From positions 52,204,001-52,268,000 of the forward strand of contig NC_135659.1 in the NCBI RefSeq assembly GCF_964188315.1: a stretch of 64,000 nucleotides of DNA. Reading direction: 5' to 3'. The position numbers and the translations under genes were made by a program. The notes beneath the pieces were generated by a model that saw nothing but the letters and a program-made list of their open reading frames with translations, was not told the DNA's origin and ran no database searches. Source of the stretch: Podarcis muralis. Lineage: Eukaryota. Numbering within the stretch: the stretch's first letter is position 1; each line of letters opens with the position of its first letter. Below, piece after piece: positions 39,672 through 52,311 of this stretch.

Positions 39672-40829
39672 CTACCAGATCAAACATAAGGAGGGGAGGT
39701 AGCAGGGTAAGAAGTTATTGCACAGTTGAAGAATGTTCCCGCACATGCGCACAGCAGACCAAATGGCAATGTGGCGCGATGGATGGAACATGAGTGAGGA
39801 AACATGGCATGCAGTGCCCACGCAATGGCACAATGTATGTGTGCATGCTCTGATGAGACAGCGACCAGCCAGATGGCTTCTACATATAATACCAGGCCAA
39901 AAAGGGTGAAGATACTGCTGTATGGACTGAGGCTGGAAGGGGCCTAGGCAATAAAGTACAAAGCCCTTGGAGTCTGCGCCCTGCATTCCATTCAGACAGT
40001 GCACACTACAGTACAGATACAGAGATCCTGAACAGATGCCAGCATTGTTCACTGGGCCCTGGGACCACTTTCTGTATCTCTCAACAGCCCACTCTCATGT
40101 TCTCAGTGACTGAGGCAGCGGACAAGTCTTAAGCACTCACAGCCATGCATCTATAAGAAAGGCACCAAGAAATCCTGTATCTAATAGCTGGGCAATTAAA
40201 AACCATTCCTTATCAAAGAATATTTTGCCTAGTGATAGGTAGGGAGCAAAGAGGGTCTGGAAAGTAAGCTTTTGTGCATCTAGCCTTCTTGAGTTTGATG
40301 ACTGTGCAATGATGCACAATCTCACAAAGTAGACTTACACCAGCCCCTAATCAAGAGACAGGATCTGTTCTTCTTACAAGTTAAACCTCATCTCTGTTCC
40401 TCTGCAATTCTCAAAGTATCAATAGGAAGTAAAATCTGCAGCAATTCCTGCCCCCCCCCCCCCGCATTTTCCTCTTGCCGTGGAGGCCAGAGCCAAAGTA
40501 AACTTTACAGGCACAATATAGAGCAAAATCCCATCCTTCTCCTTTGTCCACCAGAAGTTCAGAAAATTAAGACAGTATTTGTAGGTGACACACTGCACTT
40601 TACATTCATTAAGACATAGGCAGAGAGAGCAAAAGAATAAAAGAGCAGCTGCATGAGGGACTACTCTTGCAGATGGTTCAGAAGTTGCAGTTAGAGGAAA
40701 ATGCAGCAGCCCATTTGGTTAGTGGGTCAACCACCTGGAATCATTCTAATTCTACAGGATTTACACAGGCTTCCAATACATTTCTGAGATCAATCCAATG
40801 TACTCTCACTGACCTATTAAGTCCTGCAT

Positions 40830-41290
40830 GACTCAGGACCCCTGAAGGAGCACCACTCCCAGTACTGTCCCGCCTAGTTGTTAAGATGTGAACAAAAGTC
40901 CCCTTTTGATGTCCCACATCAAGGGTCAGTGCCCATGGAGTTATCCTTTTTGCATCAGCTCAAAACCTTTTTGTTTTCACAAACATTTTTAAGTGTTGGG
41001 ATTTTATGGAATTATCCCCAGGACTTGGTTTTGTAAATTTTAATTTCTGCTACTCTCATGTATTATTTTGTATTGTACCTCGAGGACCACCTCTCCTCAT
41101 ATCAACCAACCTGAACCCTGCAATCATCATCTGAGGCCCTTCTTCATTCCTTTTCTCCCAGGCATTTGGCTAATTAGACAATCTATGACCTTTTAAACTG
41201 TTTGTGTGGGTGGTTTTTGTTTGTTACTATAGTATGTATTTTTGTAGTTTTATATTGTAAACCGCCCTGTGATCCTTGGATGAAGGGTGG

Positions 41291-41330
<40 letters not shown>
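40830..41330 (+). mobile_element. L2 LINE 3' fragment(s) ending in a (TAA)12 tail (41293-41328)
   Basis: T-rich 3' UTR followed by tgtaaaccgccctgtgatccttggatgaagggtggtata(taa)n; start approximate. Confidence 0.7.
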
Positions 41331-41924
41331 TCATTGTTTTTATACCTGTGTAACCTGAACTGGGTTTAAGAATGACTGAATGACGAAATAAATACATTTG
41401 GGCTTAAGGCATTCCAATAAGGTGCTGCCTGCAAAACAGTGGCTGAGGAGCATATGGAGGAGATGAGCAAGTCCTAGCTTGCTGGACTACATTTGGATAG
41501 AGAACACTTCCTTTTCATTTTGGAGGAGATGCTGTATGGCCTCCACATGATATAAGTGCATCCTTTGCATCTGCAGCCAGGCCTTGCTTCCCTAAGTTGG
41601 GGTCCTATAACATACCAAAGAAAGAGCTGCTGCAGCCTCATGTGCTCAGTCAAGATTGCAATTTTGCTGGCTGATTTATGAATTTCATTGTTTGGAAAAC
41701 TGTGACGTGTTAATCTCTCTTTCTTTCTTCACATGCATTGTATGTGAGTAGCACCAGAGACTAGTTTGTGGGGGACAGCCTGGCTCACTAGCAAGAGAAG
41801 GGTTAGCACTAAGTCTGTGGTGAGTGAGGTTGACCTTCATGACACTGAACAAAAAAGATGAGAAAGAAAGAGGCGGGGAAAAGATAGTGAGGAAGAAGAA
41901 AAAGGAGGAGGAGAGAAAACTAAC

Positions 41925-41957
41925 TTGAGATATTCGGGCAACTGGGGCCACTGGCAC
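41925..41957 (-). CDS. PTPRF: PTPRF alternatively spliced 33-nt juxtamembrane microexon (LASE-a type): (G)ASGPSCPNIS(S)
   Basis: CTAATGGGATTTCTGTTCTTTCAG|GTGCCAGTGGCCCCAGTTGCCCGAATATCTCAA|GTTAGT. 33 nt, phase 1 to 1. The peptide closely resembles mammalian GSSAPSCPNISS (from memory). Confidence 0.9.
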
Positions 41958-42707
41958 CTGAAAGAACAGAAATCCCATTAGCTGTTGCTGAGGTAAGAGT
42001 TAAAGATGCGACAGAGGAGGGTCAAAGGGCAGCACAAAAATCCCCACCACAACCTTCACATTCCTATTTTCAGGGATGGGAATTGCAGCTTGATGCTTGC
42101 TACACATGTGGCAGCATGGAGGGTGATGTATTAAGACAAGCACCAAGTACAACCAGGATTATTTCACAAAGAGGATTTCCCCACAACAGACATGATAGAT
42201 GGCTTTGCTTGTTGGCCAGGAAACAGTTCCGATTCCCAGCACATGCTGCTTTCCAAGACCATGCTTCCCTCCTACATGAGACAGCAGCAGAGCCTTGGAA
42301 CCAAGGTGTAGTCAAAATTCACCCAATCGCTTAGTAGCGACATCACCCTGCCTGACCTGCCACAAGTCTGCAAAATGGAACATGAGAACAAAGGAGCTGA
42401 CAATTCACGCAAGAACCTGTGTCTGAAGTGGAAACTATTAAAGTGATAAGCTTAATATTTAATAACAGCAGCTTGATTAATTATGTACTGAGCAAGGCCT
42501 TTCCTGCCTCTACATTTGCCAGAAGGGATATCAACTATGAGACTGCTCAGGGTTTAGTTGCTGCTGTCTGGCCCACAGAAGGCATCCATCCATCACAGAA
42601 GAGAGTGAGGCTAGGTGGAGGCAACTAAGTGTCTCAGGCTGAAACAATAATACCAGAACTTTTTTTGTACACTGATTGTTCCCTACTGGGCACCTGAGAA
42701 GATAAAA

Positions 42708-43063
42708 GGTAAAGGTACCCCTGCCCGTACGGGCCAGTCTTGACAGACTCTAGGGTTGTGCGCCCATCTCACTTAAGAGGCCGGGGGCCAGCGCTGTCCG
42801 GAGACATTTCCGGGTCACGTGGCCAGCGTGACAAAGCTGCATCTGGCAAGCCAGCGCAGCACACGGAAACGCCGTTTACCTTCCCACCAGTAAGCGGTCC
42901 CTATTTATCTACTTGCACCCGGGGGTGCTTTCGAACTGCTAGGTTGGCAGGCGCTGGGACCGAGCAACGGGAGCGCACCCCGCCACGGGGATTCGAACCG
43001 CCGACCTTTCGACCGGCAAGCCCTAGGCACTGAGGCTTTTACCCACAGCGCCACCCGCGTCCC
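42708..43063 (-). mobile_element. Full-length Sauria SINE with a long perfect TSD
   Basis: Head GGGACGCGGGTGGCGCTGTGG, B box GGTTCGAATCC, ACCTTT tail; TSD cacctgagaagataaaa at 42691-42707 and 43064-43080. Confidence 0.93.
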
Positions 43064-44308
43064 CACCTGAGAAGATAAAAGGGTGCAAAAGCTCAAGCTA
43101 GCAGCTCAGCAAGTATGGTCACACCTGAGAATATGTGGGGGGGATTGCGTATACACTATGAGGCTAACTCGCTTTCTTTTGTCAAGCTTCCCTTTTGTGC
43201 AACATCCCTTGTTAGCACATACAACTCTGCACCATGTCCATGCCTCTATCTTCTCTCTGTGACCCCTCTGGACTAGACCTCTAACTCTCCTGTCATGTTG
43301 GACTCTGCAAACCATCTGGTGGAATAATGACTTTACACTAATCGGGTGGGTCGTGCTCCCAATTCTACAAGCTGTGTGCGTACAACCCACAAAAGCCCCC
43401 GTCCTCTGACCCATCTGCAAGGCAGTATGAGGTAAAGGACTCAAGCCTAGAGAGAGAGACAAGAGAGCAGCGCTGCACATAGTCACAGGACACAACTTCC
43501 AATTCCCTTCCTGCAACTGCTTTCCTCCCAAAATCTATTATAGGAGGACAAATAGTTTTGAGGAAAAGGAATACAGGTCACATCTTGCTAGGTAGAGTCT
43601 GGGTGTACTGAGCTAGAAGCCCCCACTGACCGCTAACATCATTCAATAGCCTTCATGAATCCCACAATCTAAATAAGGAAGGAATAGGTTGCTTCAACTC
43701 TAACACGATAGAATGCAAACCACATCCTGCCTCAGATGAGGATGTGAGGCCCTCCACAAAGCAAGAAATCTAGGAAATAGACTCTGTTGAAGACAGATTG
43801 TTTTGCTGACACAGCTAAGCAGCATCTATTACAACTGCAAAGTACCTTAAGAGTTGGAAGCACTGCAGGAGCTGAATCATGAACCTGCCTACCTGCTACT
43901 TGACAGTGGACCTACTGGCATGTTGGACTTTCCTTTTGCTGGCTAATTTTGAGACCATATCTGGAAAGCACGATGTGGGCCAAAAAACTGAGTGTTATCT
44001 ATGGAATATAAGATAAATCATGACAAGGGCTCCATTAGAGCCTGTTCTTTGTCACGCTATGCCTTCCAGCACCTTGTGATGCATGTATGGTCAGGCTATT
44101 GAGCCAACAGAAAGCCTGCCATCCCCATTCTGACTGTTGCCAATGTCAGATATACACGTGAGCAACAGTGTATTGAGCCACACTGGCCTCTGAACCTAGC
44201 CTGAGAAGGTGCACACAACACTGCAAAGGGAAGAAGAGGCTCTCTTATCACAAACTTCTGCCAGTAAAAGGAGCACGGGCCTCTCTGGGGCCGTCAAGTG
44301 GTACCTAC

Positions 44309-44424
44309 CTGGTGTTTGGTAGTTGAGTCGCCTCATTTCAACAGGATCAGAGGAATGGGCCAGCAAGGAGTCCTTCAGGCCAATGGAATGTTCATCCTTG
44401 GCGGAGGGTGAATTGGCCCTTTTC
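44309..44424 (-). CDS. PTPRF: PTPRF juxtamembrane exon: (R)KRANSPSAKDEHSIGLKDSLLAHSSDPVEMRRLNYQTP(G)
   Basis: TAG|G acceptor, G|GTAGG donor, 116 nt, phase 2 to 1. Confidence 0.95.
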
Positions 44425-46014
44425 CTAAAGGAAGAGAAGGTGCAGCTCAGAAGGTAGATCTGGGCATGGACCAAATGGCAGAGAGCTTCAAGATGACCCT
44501 GTAGCAGACTCAATAATGCACCTAGCTGTAAGGGGGACTGGTAACCCCCTCCCCAGAGCCAGACACAGGCTTACAAAATCTCCAGTTCCACTTCCATCTT
44601 CCACACACCAGTGTTGGGAACTATTTCCTGTGGTGGATGAATATACTTAAGATTTTGCCAAGTATTAAAAAAATTATTTAAAATGTGAAGAGTTGTAATA
44701 TAATAGGGTAAGGGCTCTTCAGGGTGAATTTTATTGGTCCATTAATACTTGTCTTGAGTGGCTGAAGGCCCCCCAGGCGTGTGTTAATGGAACAATAAAA
44801 TACACTGTTGTCTCTTCATGCTATATTTATGCCTGCAGCTCCACCACCCTAGGCTCTTATCCTAGTAGATTTCACTAGCTAAGCAGAGATGAACCTGCTC
44901 AGTGATTAAATGGGAGACATTTACAGGAAATTTTGGCATGACAAGAAGAGTTATCAGTGATGTCCAGTGGCTACCATTAAACCAAAAAACCTCATATGGT
45001 GTTGCCTCTTAAAGTTGCAATGTGTTTTCTGGGGTAACTAAGCCACGGGGAGGGGTATTCAACAGAAACAGAAACACCCCAGCCTGGTATTAAGGAGCAC
45101 TGTGCTACAATCCTGCAGGCAATTCAGCAGAGAGGTGTGTGTATCTGTTGCTCTTTCAAACACGTCAGAAGCCCAAAGCACTTATGATTAACCTGGAGAC
45201 ACTGTTGATAGCACCCTGCAAAGGATTTTTTTACTATGCCTGACGGCACAACTCTATTTGTTAGAAGGGAGAAATTGCCACAATTAGCATGGTGCCTCAC
45301 GAGCTCTCTGTGCTGTGAGGGGAGAAAACAAAAGTTTGTTCAGCTGTATGCACATGCATGCATGAAGTGGGGAGTCATTTATAAAGCAGCCACCACATTA
45401 CAACATCTGAAATAAGAGCCCTGCATCAACTTGAATTTATCACCAAAGGGGACCATTGTTGAAATAAGCCTAAAACTTTGCTTTGGTTCCTGCCTCCTGC
45501 TGAAAGTCAGTGTCACTCTGTTGTAACAGCATTACTTCCAGATTTACTAAGAATCAGCTAGACACCAAAGTCAGCAAGCAGTGGGAGACCTTTGTAGGAC
45601 ACACACAGTGACACTGAAAAGGGAACAGCTCAGAGCAAGGCCTTATTAACTGGTTTATAGAGCATGCTGATTATGCCAAGGAACTAGAGTCAGCTCATGG
45701 TAATGTCACATCCTTGATCAATATAGGGGGCAAATAACCCCACAAATCCTGGAACACCAAAAGCACTGAAAAGGAATTTTCTAAAACTCTGTCACACCTT
45801 ACTTGTGAAGCCATTTATTTAAATATAACAGCAAGAGAAGGCTAAAGGAGTTTAGGACACCACAATGGCTAGGTAGGCAGAGCAATATCCAAAAGCCAGA
45901 TTAGTCTGGATAGGAAGACTTATGCTTACTGTTTTTAACAAGATGAAACAGTGGATGTGAAACAGACAAAGCAAAGGATTAGTAAGGGTGGGGGGGAGGA
46001 GGGCAGATGTCTAC

Positions 46015-46026
46015 CTTTCTTGTTTG
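46015..46026 (-). CDS. PTPRF: PTPRF 12-nt juxtamembrane microexon (meD type): (S)KQE(R)
   Basis: TTTCCTCTTTTTTTCCTATTTCTGCTGTCCCTGGATCTAG|CAAACAAGAAAG|GTAGAC. Phase 2 to 2, giving FK-SKQE-RKR. Same position as the KPD mini-exon of PTPRD/PTPRS (from memory). Confidence 0.82.
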
Positions 46027-46805
46027 CTAGATCCAGGGACAGCAGAAATAGGAAAAAAAGAGGAAATCCAGGTTACAAAAAGGTACTAATTGTGCATGCA
46101 ATAACCCAAAGTCACCTCCCCTCTTGGTGTTATTATGCACATTTAGTTGGAGAAAAATGATGACAGCTTCCCAGAGCAAAGATGGGAGAGTAAGCACTCC
46201 CTGTAACCAAATGAGCAGCTCCTGCTTCTTTTAACAGCCCAAGCACTTGACACCCATGTCCCAGATCATGGATCAGAACACCTATGACTAGGCTGAGGAC
46301 AAATCTCTGGAACAAAGGGTCCCTGTTACCACATGGAGGGTTCATTCTTGGAGCCAAGAAGACTTGGGGAAAAGCACCAGGCCTCTGAATAAACCAAGGG
46401 ATGTAGGCATTTGTTGGCCAGAGCCTTTTACTTAATCTGAGGCATGGTGATCCAGGTCATCACCCTAGAACCACTAAGCAGAAGCCATGTCCTATGGCTT
46501 CACAGTTCATCTGGCACTGACACAGCCCCAGTTCACTTCCAGTATATACCTTCCCAACACAAAATGAAATGCAGAGACCACTGAATGTGATCCCATGCTC
46601 CCCATCCCTTCCTAGGGCTTGCCTTACATAGCAGTTTTGCAGGCTCCATTGAGAAACACCTTCAGGAAGGTTCAGACCACATCCCCCAGAAGAGACAGTG
46701 TCCTTGGATTTATCATATAGTTTGCTCAATGTAAATGTTCTTGAGCTTGGCACAATACTGCACCATGGACACCACCACATTGCACGGGCATAGGCGTGTG
46801 CTCAC

Positions 46806-46957
46806 CTTTTGAAGAGCAGGATAGCAATGACAATGATGATGATTAAGATGACAGCCAGGACAGGCCCCATCACCCACAGCATCTCTGGTTCATCCTGCTG
46901 TTTTGCTGAAACCTCCATCACAATCTCATCTGAGTAGGGGCTGGCTGCATACTTCTT
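46806..46957 (-). CDS. PTPRF: PTPRF transmembrane exon: KKYAASPYSDEIVMEVSAKQQDEPEMLWVMGPVLAVILIIIIVIAILLFK(R/S)
   Basis: CAG|AAG acceptor, AG|GTGAG donor, 152 nt. Encodes the hydrophobic TM helix. Confidence 0.95.
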
Positions 46958-49114
46958 CTGGTGAGTTTGAGAGAGAGGAGAGCAGACAAAGATCACTGAT
47001 CAGGTCTCTTCCTTGCTTAATTCTGAGTTGTCCCTCGGTACAATAGCCCCAAGCTGCCCACCTGCAATTTTCCTCATGAGCACCCAGGGAATTAACAGAC
47101 ATCGTGAAAACAAACCTCCTCTCCACAGTAATGGAACATTCAGAACCACATCAGCTAGAAAGTGGCCTCCCTCAGTGCCAGAAAGGAATGGTCCAGCTGA
47201 GAACAAGTTGCCAGCCTCAGACACACGAAGAGCCAAATTATAGGCTTTGGAGATGCAGCCAATTGAGCATCAGGCCTGGCGGGTAGTGACTAAGTGGTTT
47301 ATAATACCTATTATGCCGTTATAAACACATCACCCTAGGGGGTTATATGTCAAGGAACACCCACTGGGCATTATGTTCCACACTGAACAGCAGACTAACT
47401 CATGGCTGTCCTTGAAGCTCTAGCATAAGCCCTGAATACAGCAGGATTCACATGGGGCTTCTCACATGCAAAGGCTTCCAAGTCATACAAGGGACTGGCA
47501 AGCTGCAACCAAAAAAGCAATACAAAATTGGCTGGCTCTGTTCCAACACATGCTACGCTCATATCTTTTTTTTAATGCCTGCCAGAAGACATATGTTTAG
47601 GGAGGACCATGTTCTCTGTTCTAGTGGAGGCTTCCTATTGCCCTGCTCAAGGGAGAGGCGTACACTGGTCTCACTTTTAGCCCCTGCGGAGATGCCTGTT
47701 GACCAAATTCTGCCAGTCTGAAAGCGGAGATCTTAAATAGCCTCTTTGACTTCATGCACAGGAATTCTGTGAAACACAGAAAAAACGTGCCCATAGCAGC
47801 TGCTTTTGTGGATGCTCAGCAGGAAACACCTGCCTGGCTTAATTTGAGCCACATTTTGTCTCTGGAACCTGGTTCAGTGGCAGGGCTAAGTCCTAGAACA
47901 TGCAGAATAGTAATAAATAATATTCTAGAGCCCATTTTTACATTACTGAGAAATAACTACACGTTCCCCAAGTTCCAAGATTAGAACTAAATTTCTGACA
48001 CTTCTTGGGGAAACAAAACAATAAATGTCGAATTCCAGGGGGCAGCAAAAACAAGGAAGGTATTTGCAGTGCCTTAAAGACTAATAAATTCACTGTGGCA
48101 TAGCTTTTGTGAACTACAGCCCATTAGATGCATGAAGTGTTACTCTGAATTACAGGTATATGTATATATACACATGCCTGGGGACATGGAGGGGACTGTA
48201 ACCAATGAAGTCACAGGGAAATGAAATGCAGAATAATGCAGTGATAAATGAAACGAGACTGATAAAGTGCTAAATGACAAAGTAATCTGTGGCTCTACAA
48301 TCGTTCTTTCAGCAACAGCCATTTATGATATTGTGGCTTCATTCCTCTAGTTTAAGAAGACGACGACTGAGTTGAGTGCCAAGCTGGAGCTCACAACCTG
48401 GCACAGGTTTCAGAAAGAACTGGCAGAGAACTTTGTGAGGGCAGCAGATCTTATGTAGAGGGCAGCTGCAGTTGCACCACAAAATAAAACCAGTTGCTTG
48501 GAGAGTTTGCTCTGCTAGCCAAAGTGCTCTTGTGCACATTCACTCTTGTGCATGCAGTACCCAACCTTGTGGCACAAGGGCACCTTCTCCGGCTGCTCTG
48601 CGGCCTCTATTCTCCTGCCTGCATGTATGCTATGTCCGCCACACAAGTGCTCAGACCAGAAGAGTAATGAAGCATTTGACCAGCTCTAATGAGCCATTAC
48701 AAGTAAATGAGGCTGAAAGTGAGAGACCCAGCATGGGACGGAGCAGAAGGGCTTGAGTATCTTCATTATGGGTGGACATTATTTACACATTTGCAGAAGC
48801 AATGGCATTATCCACCATTTCCCCTCCCTTATTCATTCTGGCTTGCAACAATGGATAATCCTAAAAATTACAGGGGTGTGGAAAGTGAAGAAGCACAAAG
48901 AGTGGGGCAGATAATCTATTTTCTTCCTATGGACTGCGAGGCACCAGGCAAGAGAGGCATGGAGAAGGGGAAGGAGATTCTGAGTTGTTTTATACATCTG
49001 ATTTTATTAAAGCTTTGCAGAGCAAAGTTCCACTGTGACAAAGCTTCCCTAATGCCATCTCTGGAATGGCCCTCTTAGGCAGCCCACAGTCCCTTCGCTT
49101 CTCGTGGTCCTTAC

Positions 49115-49327
49115 CGTATCCCCATCCTCCAGTGAAGCCAGCACAAAACAACGGTAGCTCAAGTCTTCTGAAAGGGGCTTATTGTAGAAACCTTGATAGC
49201 TCTTCTGGTCCCCCAAGACAAAGGTCTCTGGCAGATCATCCATTTGGGCAGCAATATAAGGCTTGAGCCGCTCTGCCTGACGTCGCTGGCGCCTGCTTGG
49301 GTCCCCTTGGTTCATGGCCTCAAGTAG
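49115..49327 (-). CDS. PTPRF: PTPRF exon with proprotein-convertase site: LLEAMNQGDPSRRQRRQAERLKPYIAAQ...RCFVLASLEDGDT
   Basis: CAG|CTA acceptor, ACG|GTAAG donor, 213 nt, phase 0 to 0. Confidence 0.94.
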
Positions 49328-49589
49328 CTGGGTGGCAAAAGGAAGCTAGCGTGAGAGAGAGCAATGCTATTTACCAAGGTGACTCTACATTTCCTTGAGG
49401 AAAACCTGTAAGCCAGGTGACAAAAAACACCAGGGAGGTCCAGGTATTCATTACTCTAGTGCATTCCCGAAGGCTTTCTCTAGAACTCAATGAATGTACA
49501 TCTACTTCCTTAACAGAACAGTTAATTAAGTTGCTTGGGGATTAAACTGGAACCAAGTGTTGTCCTGGGTTTATGGTGGACGACTGTGA

Positions 49590-49655
49590 AAACAGGAAGC
49601 AGGACACGATAGACCCCTGGTCTGACCCAGCAGGGCTCTGCTCACATTCTTATGC
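49590..49655 (+). mobile_element. Short CR1 3' terminal fragment
   Basis: gatagacccctggtctgacccagcagggctctgctcacattcttatg. Confidence 0.45.
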
Positions 49656-51156
49656 ATGTTTTGTTTGTATTCATCATAACCTACACTGGGCATAGTTTTG
49701 TGAAAAATCGTGTACCATTTTTATAAAGTTTATACCCCTCAACATCTCAAGGGAAATCATTTTAAAATACATGTTTCTCTTTGATGGTGGAGCAGCAGGA
49801 GTAGCAGAGAACAGGCCACACAGTCCACATATGCATCTTTAGATGCCCAGCAATTTGAACTTTTGGAGATAGGCAAAAATTCAGCAGGCTTTGACACAGA
49901 TTTCTGCCACTCTGCAAACACACTTTGTAGCTTACACTAAAATGGACAAAATCTGTACGCAGAGCTCACCACCCCCACCACATCCTGCTGGGCTGCAGCA
50001 AGACTTTGTATAAATCACACACAGTGCTAACATGGAATGTTCAGAGAGAGGAAAAAATGGCAAATTTCATAGTCGTCCACAAACTCAAGAAAAAAGGATA
50101 TAAACACACCAAAATTCAATTACATTGCTCAGAAAAGCTCTCAGATGTTTAAAGATGTTTTTCTAATGAATAAAAATGAATGCTAGGCTCTGAACAGAAA
50201 TTCTAATTTAAAATGAAGGAGGAGGCATGAAATACATTTCACACCAAAATGTGTTAGGGCAGAGATGAAGCATTAGAGCAATGGTGGTGCCAGGAAGAAA
50301 ACAGAGACCACACAGAACCATGCCATTATTTCAGGGAAGGAGGGTGCTGGCTTGTGACCCTAACAAAATGGCATCCCTGCCCTCCAACCACTGCTTCTCT
50401 GCATCCTAACTAATGTGTGCAATACAAAGATGTGTGTGTGCACACAGTCTTATCCAAGCTTCAGTTTTTACCAGTGGAAACTGATCTATTGGGGCAAACT
50501 GGGGCACTGCTCCCCTTGGTAAGCCCCCACTTGCCTGGCTTCTTATTTACATCCAGTGTAGGGGGTGGCACTGACTGCCAGTTTTCTCTTTCTTAAGTCT
50601 CAGTGTTTCCCTTGCAAAACTCAGCAGGGAGAATTAAGTGACTGCCTGTCACTGGCTCCGACTCCAAGTACAGTTTGGGCTCCCTGCCTTCTGCCTTACC
50701 CATCCCAATGGGGACCTCTGCTTCCTACATCTTGTTTTGCATATAAATTATACAACAGAACCCGAGGGCAGAAGGAGGCGTGGTGTGATCCATACATGCA
50801 ACAAGTCCATGGGCAATCACACTTCAGTGACCTCTTTCACTGGACCTATAAGCTTCACAGGCAATTTTGAGAGCTGGCTAAAGATGAATATGGCTATCAT
50901 GGGTATTTGAGGAACTTGATGACTTCAGGGTGGCAGAAGATGGCACCTCCAAATTAAGCTATCAAATGTGGGAATTATCCCACATAGGCAGTTTCCGAAA
51001 CCTCAGGTCCTTTGCCATTATCTCTAGGATGACAGGATGGTTAACGCTGCTCATATACTCTCCCAAATTATTTCATATGTGTGGGCTAGTTTCTTGAACA
51101 TCTGTTTCCATTACCCCCTTCAAAACAAGTGGAAACAAGTTTTGGCCTTCTCCTAC

Positions 51157-51247
51157 CTGGTCTAGTCCCATATCATCTGGGCTCTTCAATCTGGAGCCAA
51201 CTAGGTTGCTTGTGTGGTCTATCGGCACAACCACGATGTAGTACCAC
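51157..51247 (-). CDS. PTPRF: PTPRF exon: (R)WYYIVVVPIDHTSNLVGSRLKSPDDMGLDQ
   Basis: CAG|G acceptor, CAG|GTAGG donor, 91 nt, phase 2 to 0. Confidence 0.93.
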
Positions 51248-51699
51248 CTGGGGAACAAGAGAGGGGAATGGGTGAGCTCTACTTCAAACAGTGGGATGCT
51301 CTCCATGAAAGCCCTGCAACTCCCTCCTTTGAACTTCCCAGAGGCACGCGCTGTAGCCTGCTGGCATGTGTTAGGTTAATAAAAGTCACCAGGCCAGCTT
51401 CTAAGTGATAGTGTCCGAAACTGGGAAAGCACAGCTCGATAATCTGGTTCCTTTTTCAGTGGTGGGAGATCAAAAACACAAATGAGACTTCCACAAGCCT
51501 CCTATTAGGATTTACATACATTATTTAAAGTAACTGTGCAGCAGTGTGGAAAGTACATCCTGGGCTCTTTCAGACGAATGATGGGGATTATGACTCCCTA
51601 TTTTTCATATAATGATAGGTGACTGAGAGGAGCAGGTTATAATACATAAAAATGGTAGCCCAGATCCAGAACCCTGATCACATTCTGCACATCACCCTT

Positions 51700-51800
51700 G
51701 CCCAACCTAGTGCCTTCCAGATGTTTTGGGCTACAGCTCTGATACCCTTGTCCATTGACCATGCCAGCTGGGAGTTGTAGTTCAAAACATCAGATCAGGT
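51700..51800. mobile_element. Degenerate copy of the palindromic hAT-type MITE
   Basis: ccttccagatgttttgggctacagct...gggagttgtagttcaaaacatc. Confidence 0.55.
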
Positions 51801-52057
51801 AAGGCTGCTGCACAGAGTGCTCTCATATTTTCAGTAACCTCTTGCGATTGGGAAGCATTTTTAACACGTTGTAGGTGGATTTCCACCAATATCATGATCT
51901 ATGAAATCCAATGCAGTTCCCTATAACACCACCCTTATTACCTGTGCAAAAGCACCAAGACTCTGCAGGGACTCAGGAGACCCTTCCCCAATTATACAAC
52001 ACCATGTTTTCCTAGGATAGCATCATAAATAAAAAAATAAATAAACTAGAAACGTAC

Positions 52058-52311
52058 CTGACTGGCACAGAGGTCTGCACTTTGGGGAGAGTCAGAGTGA
52101 ACTGCCCATTATGAATGTATTTGTATGTGGAAATGGGCTTGCTCTGGATGACATCAGGTGCTGTCCGGATGAAGACTCGGTGTTGCAAAGCTCCTGCGCT
52201 ACTTCCCCGGTTTGTGAGTGCAAAGGAATAATTTGTGTCTGGCTGCAGGTTATTAATCAGCTTCCTCATGGAGTGGCCATCCACCTCCACAGTCTGGCCA
52301 TTGTACAGAAT
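52058..52311 (-). CDS. PTPRF: PTPRF FNIII exon: ILYNGQTVEVDGHSMRKLINNLQPDTNYSF...PKVQTSVPV(R)
   Basis: CAG|ATT acceptor, AG|GTACG donor, 254 nt, phase 0 to 2. Confidence 0.94.
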
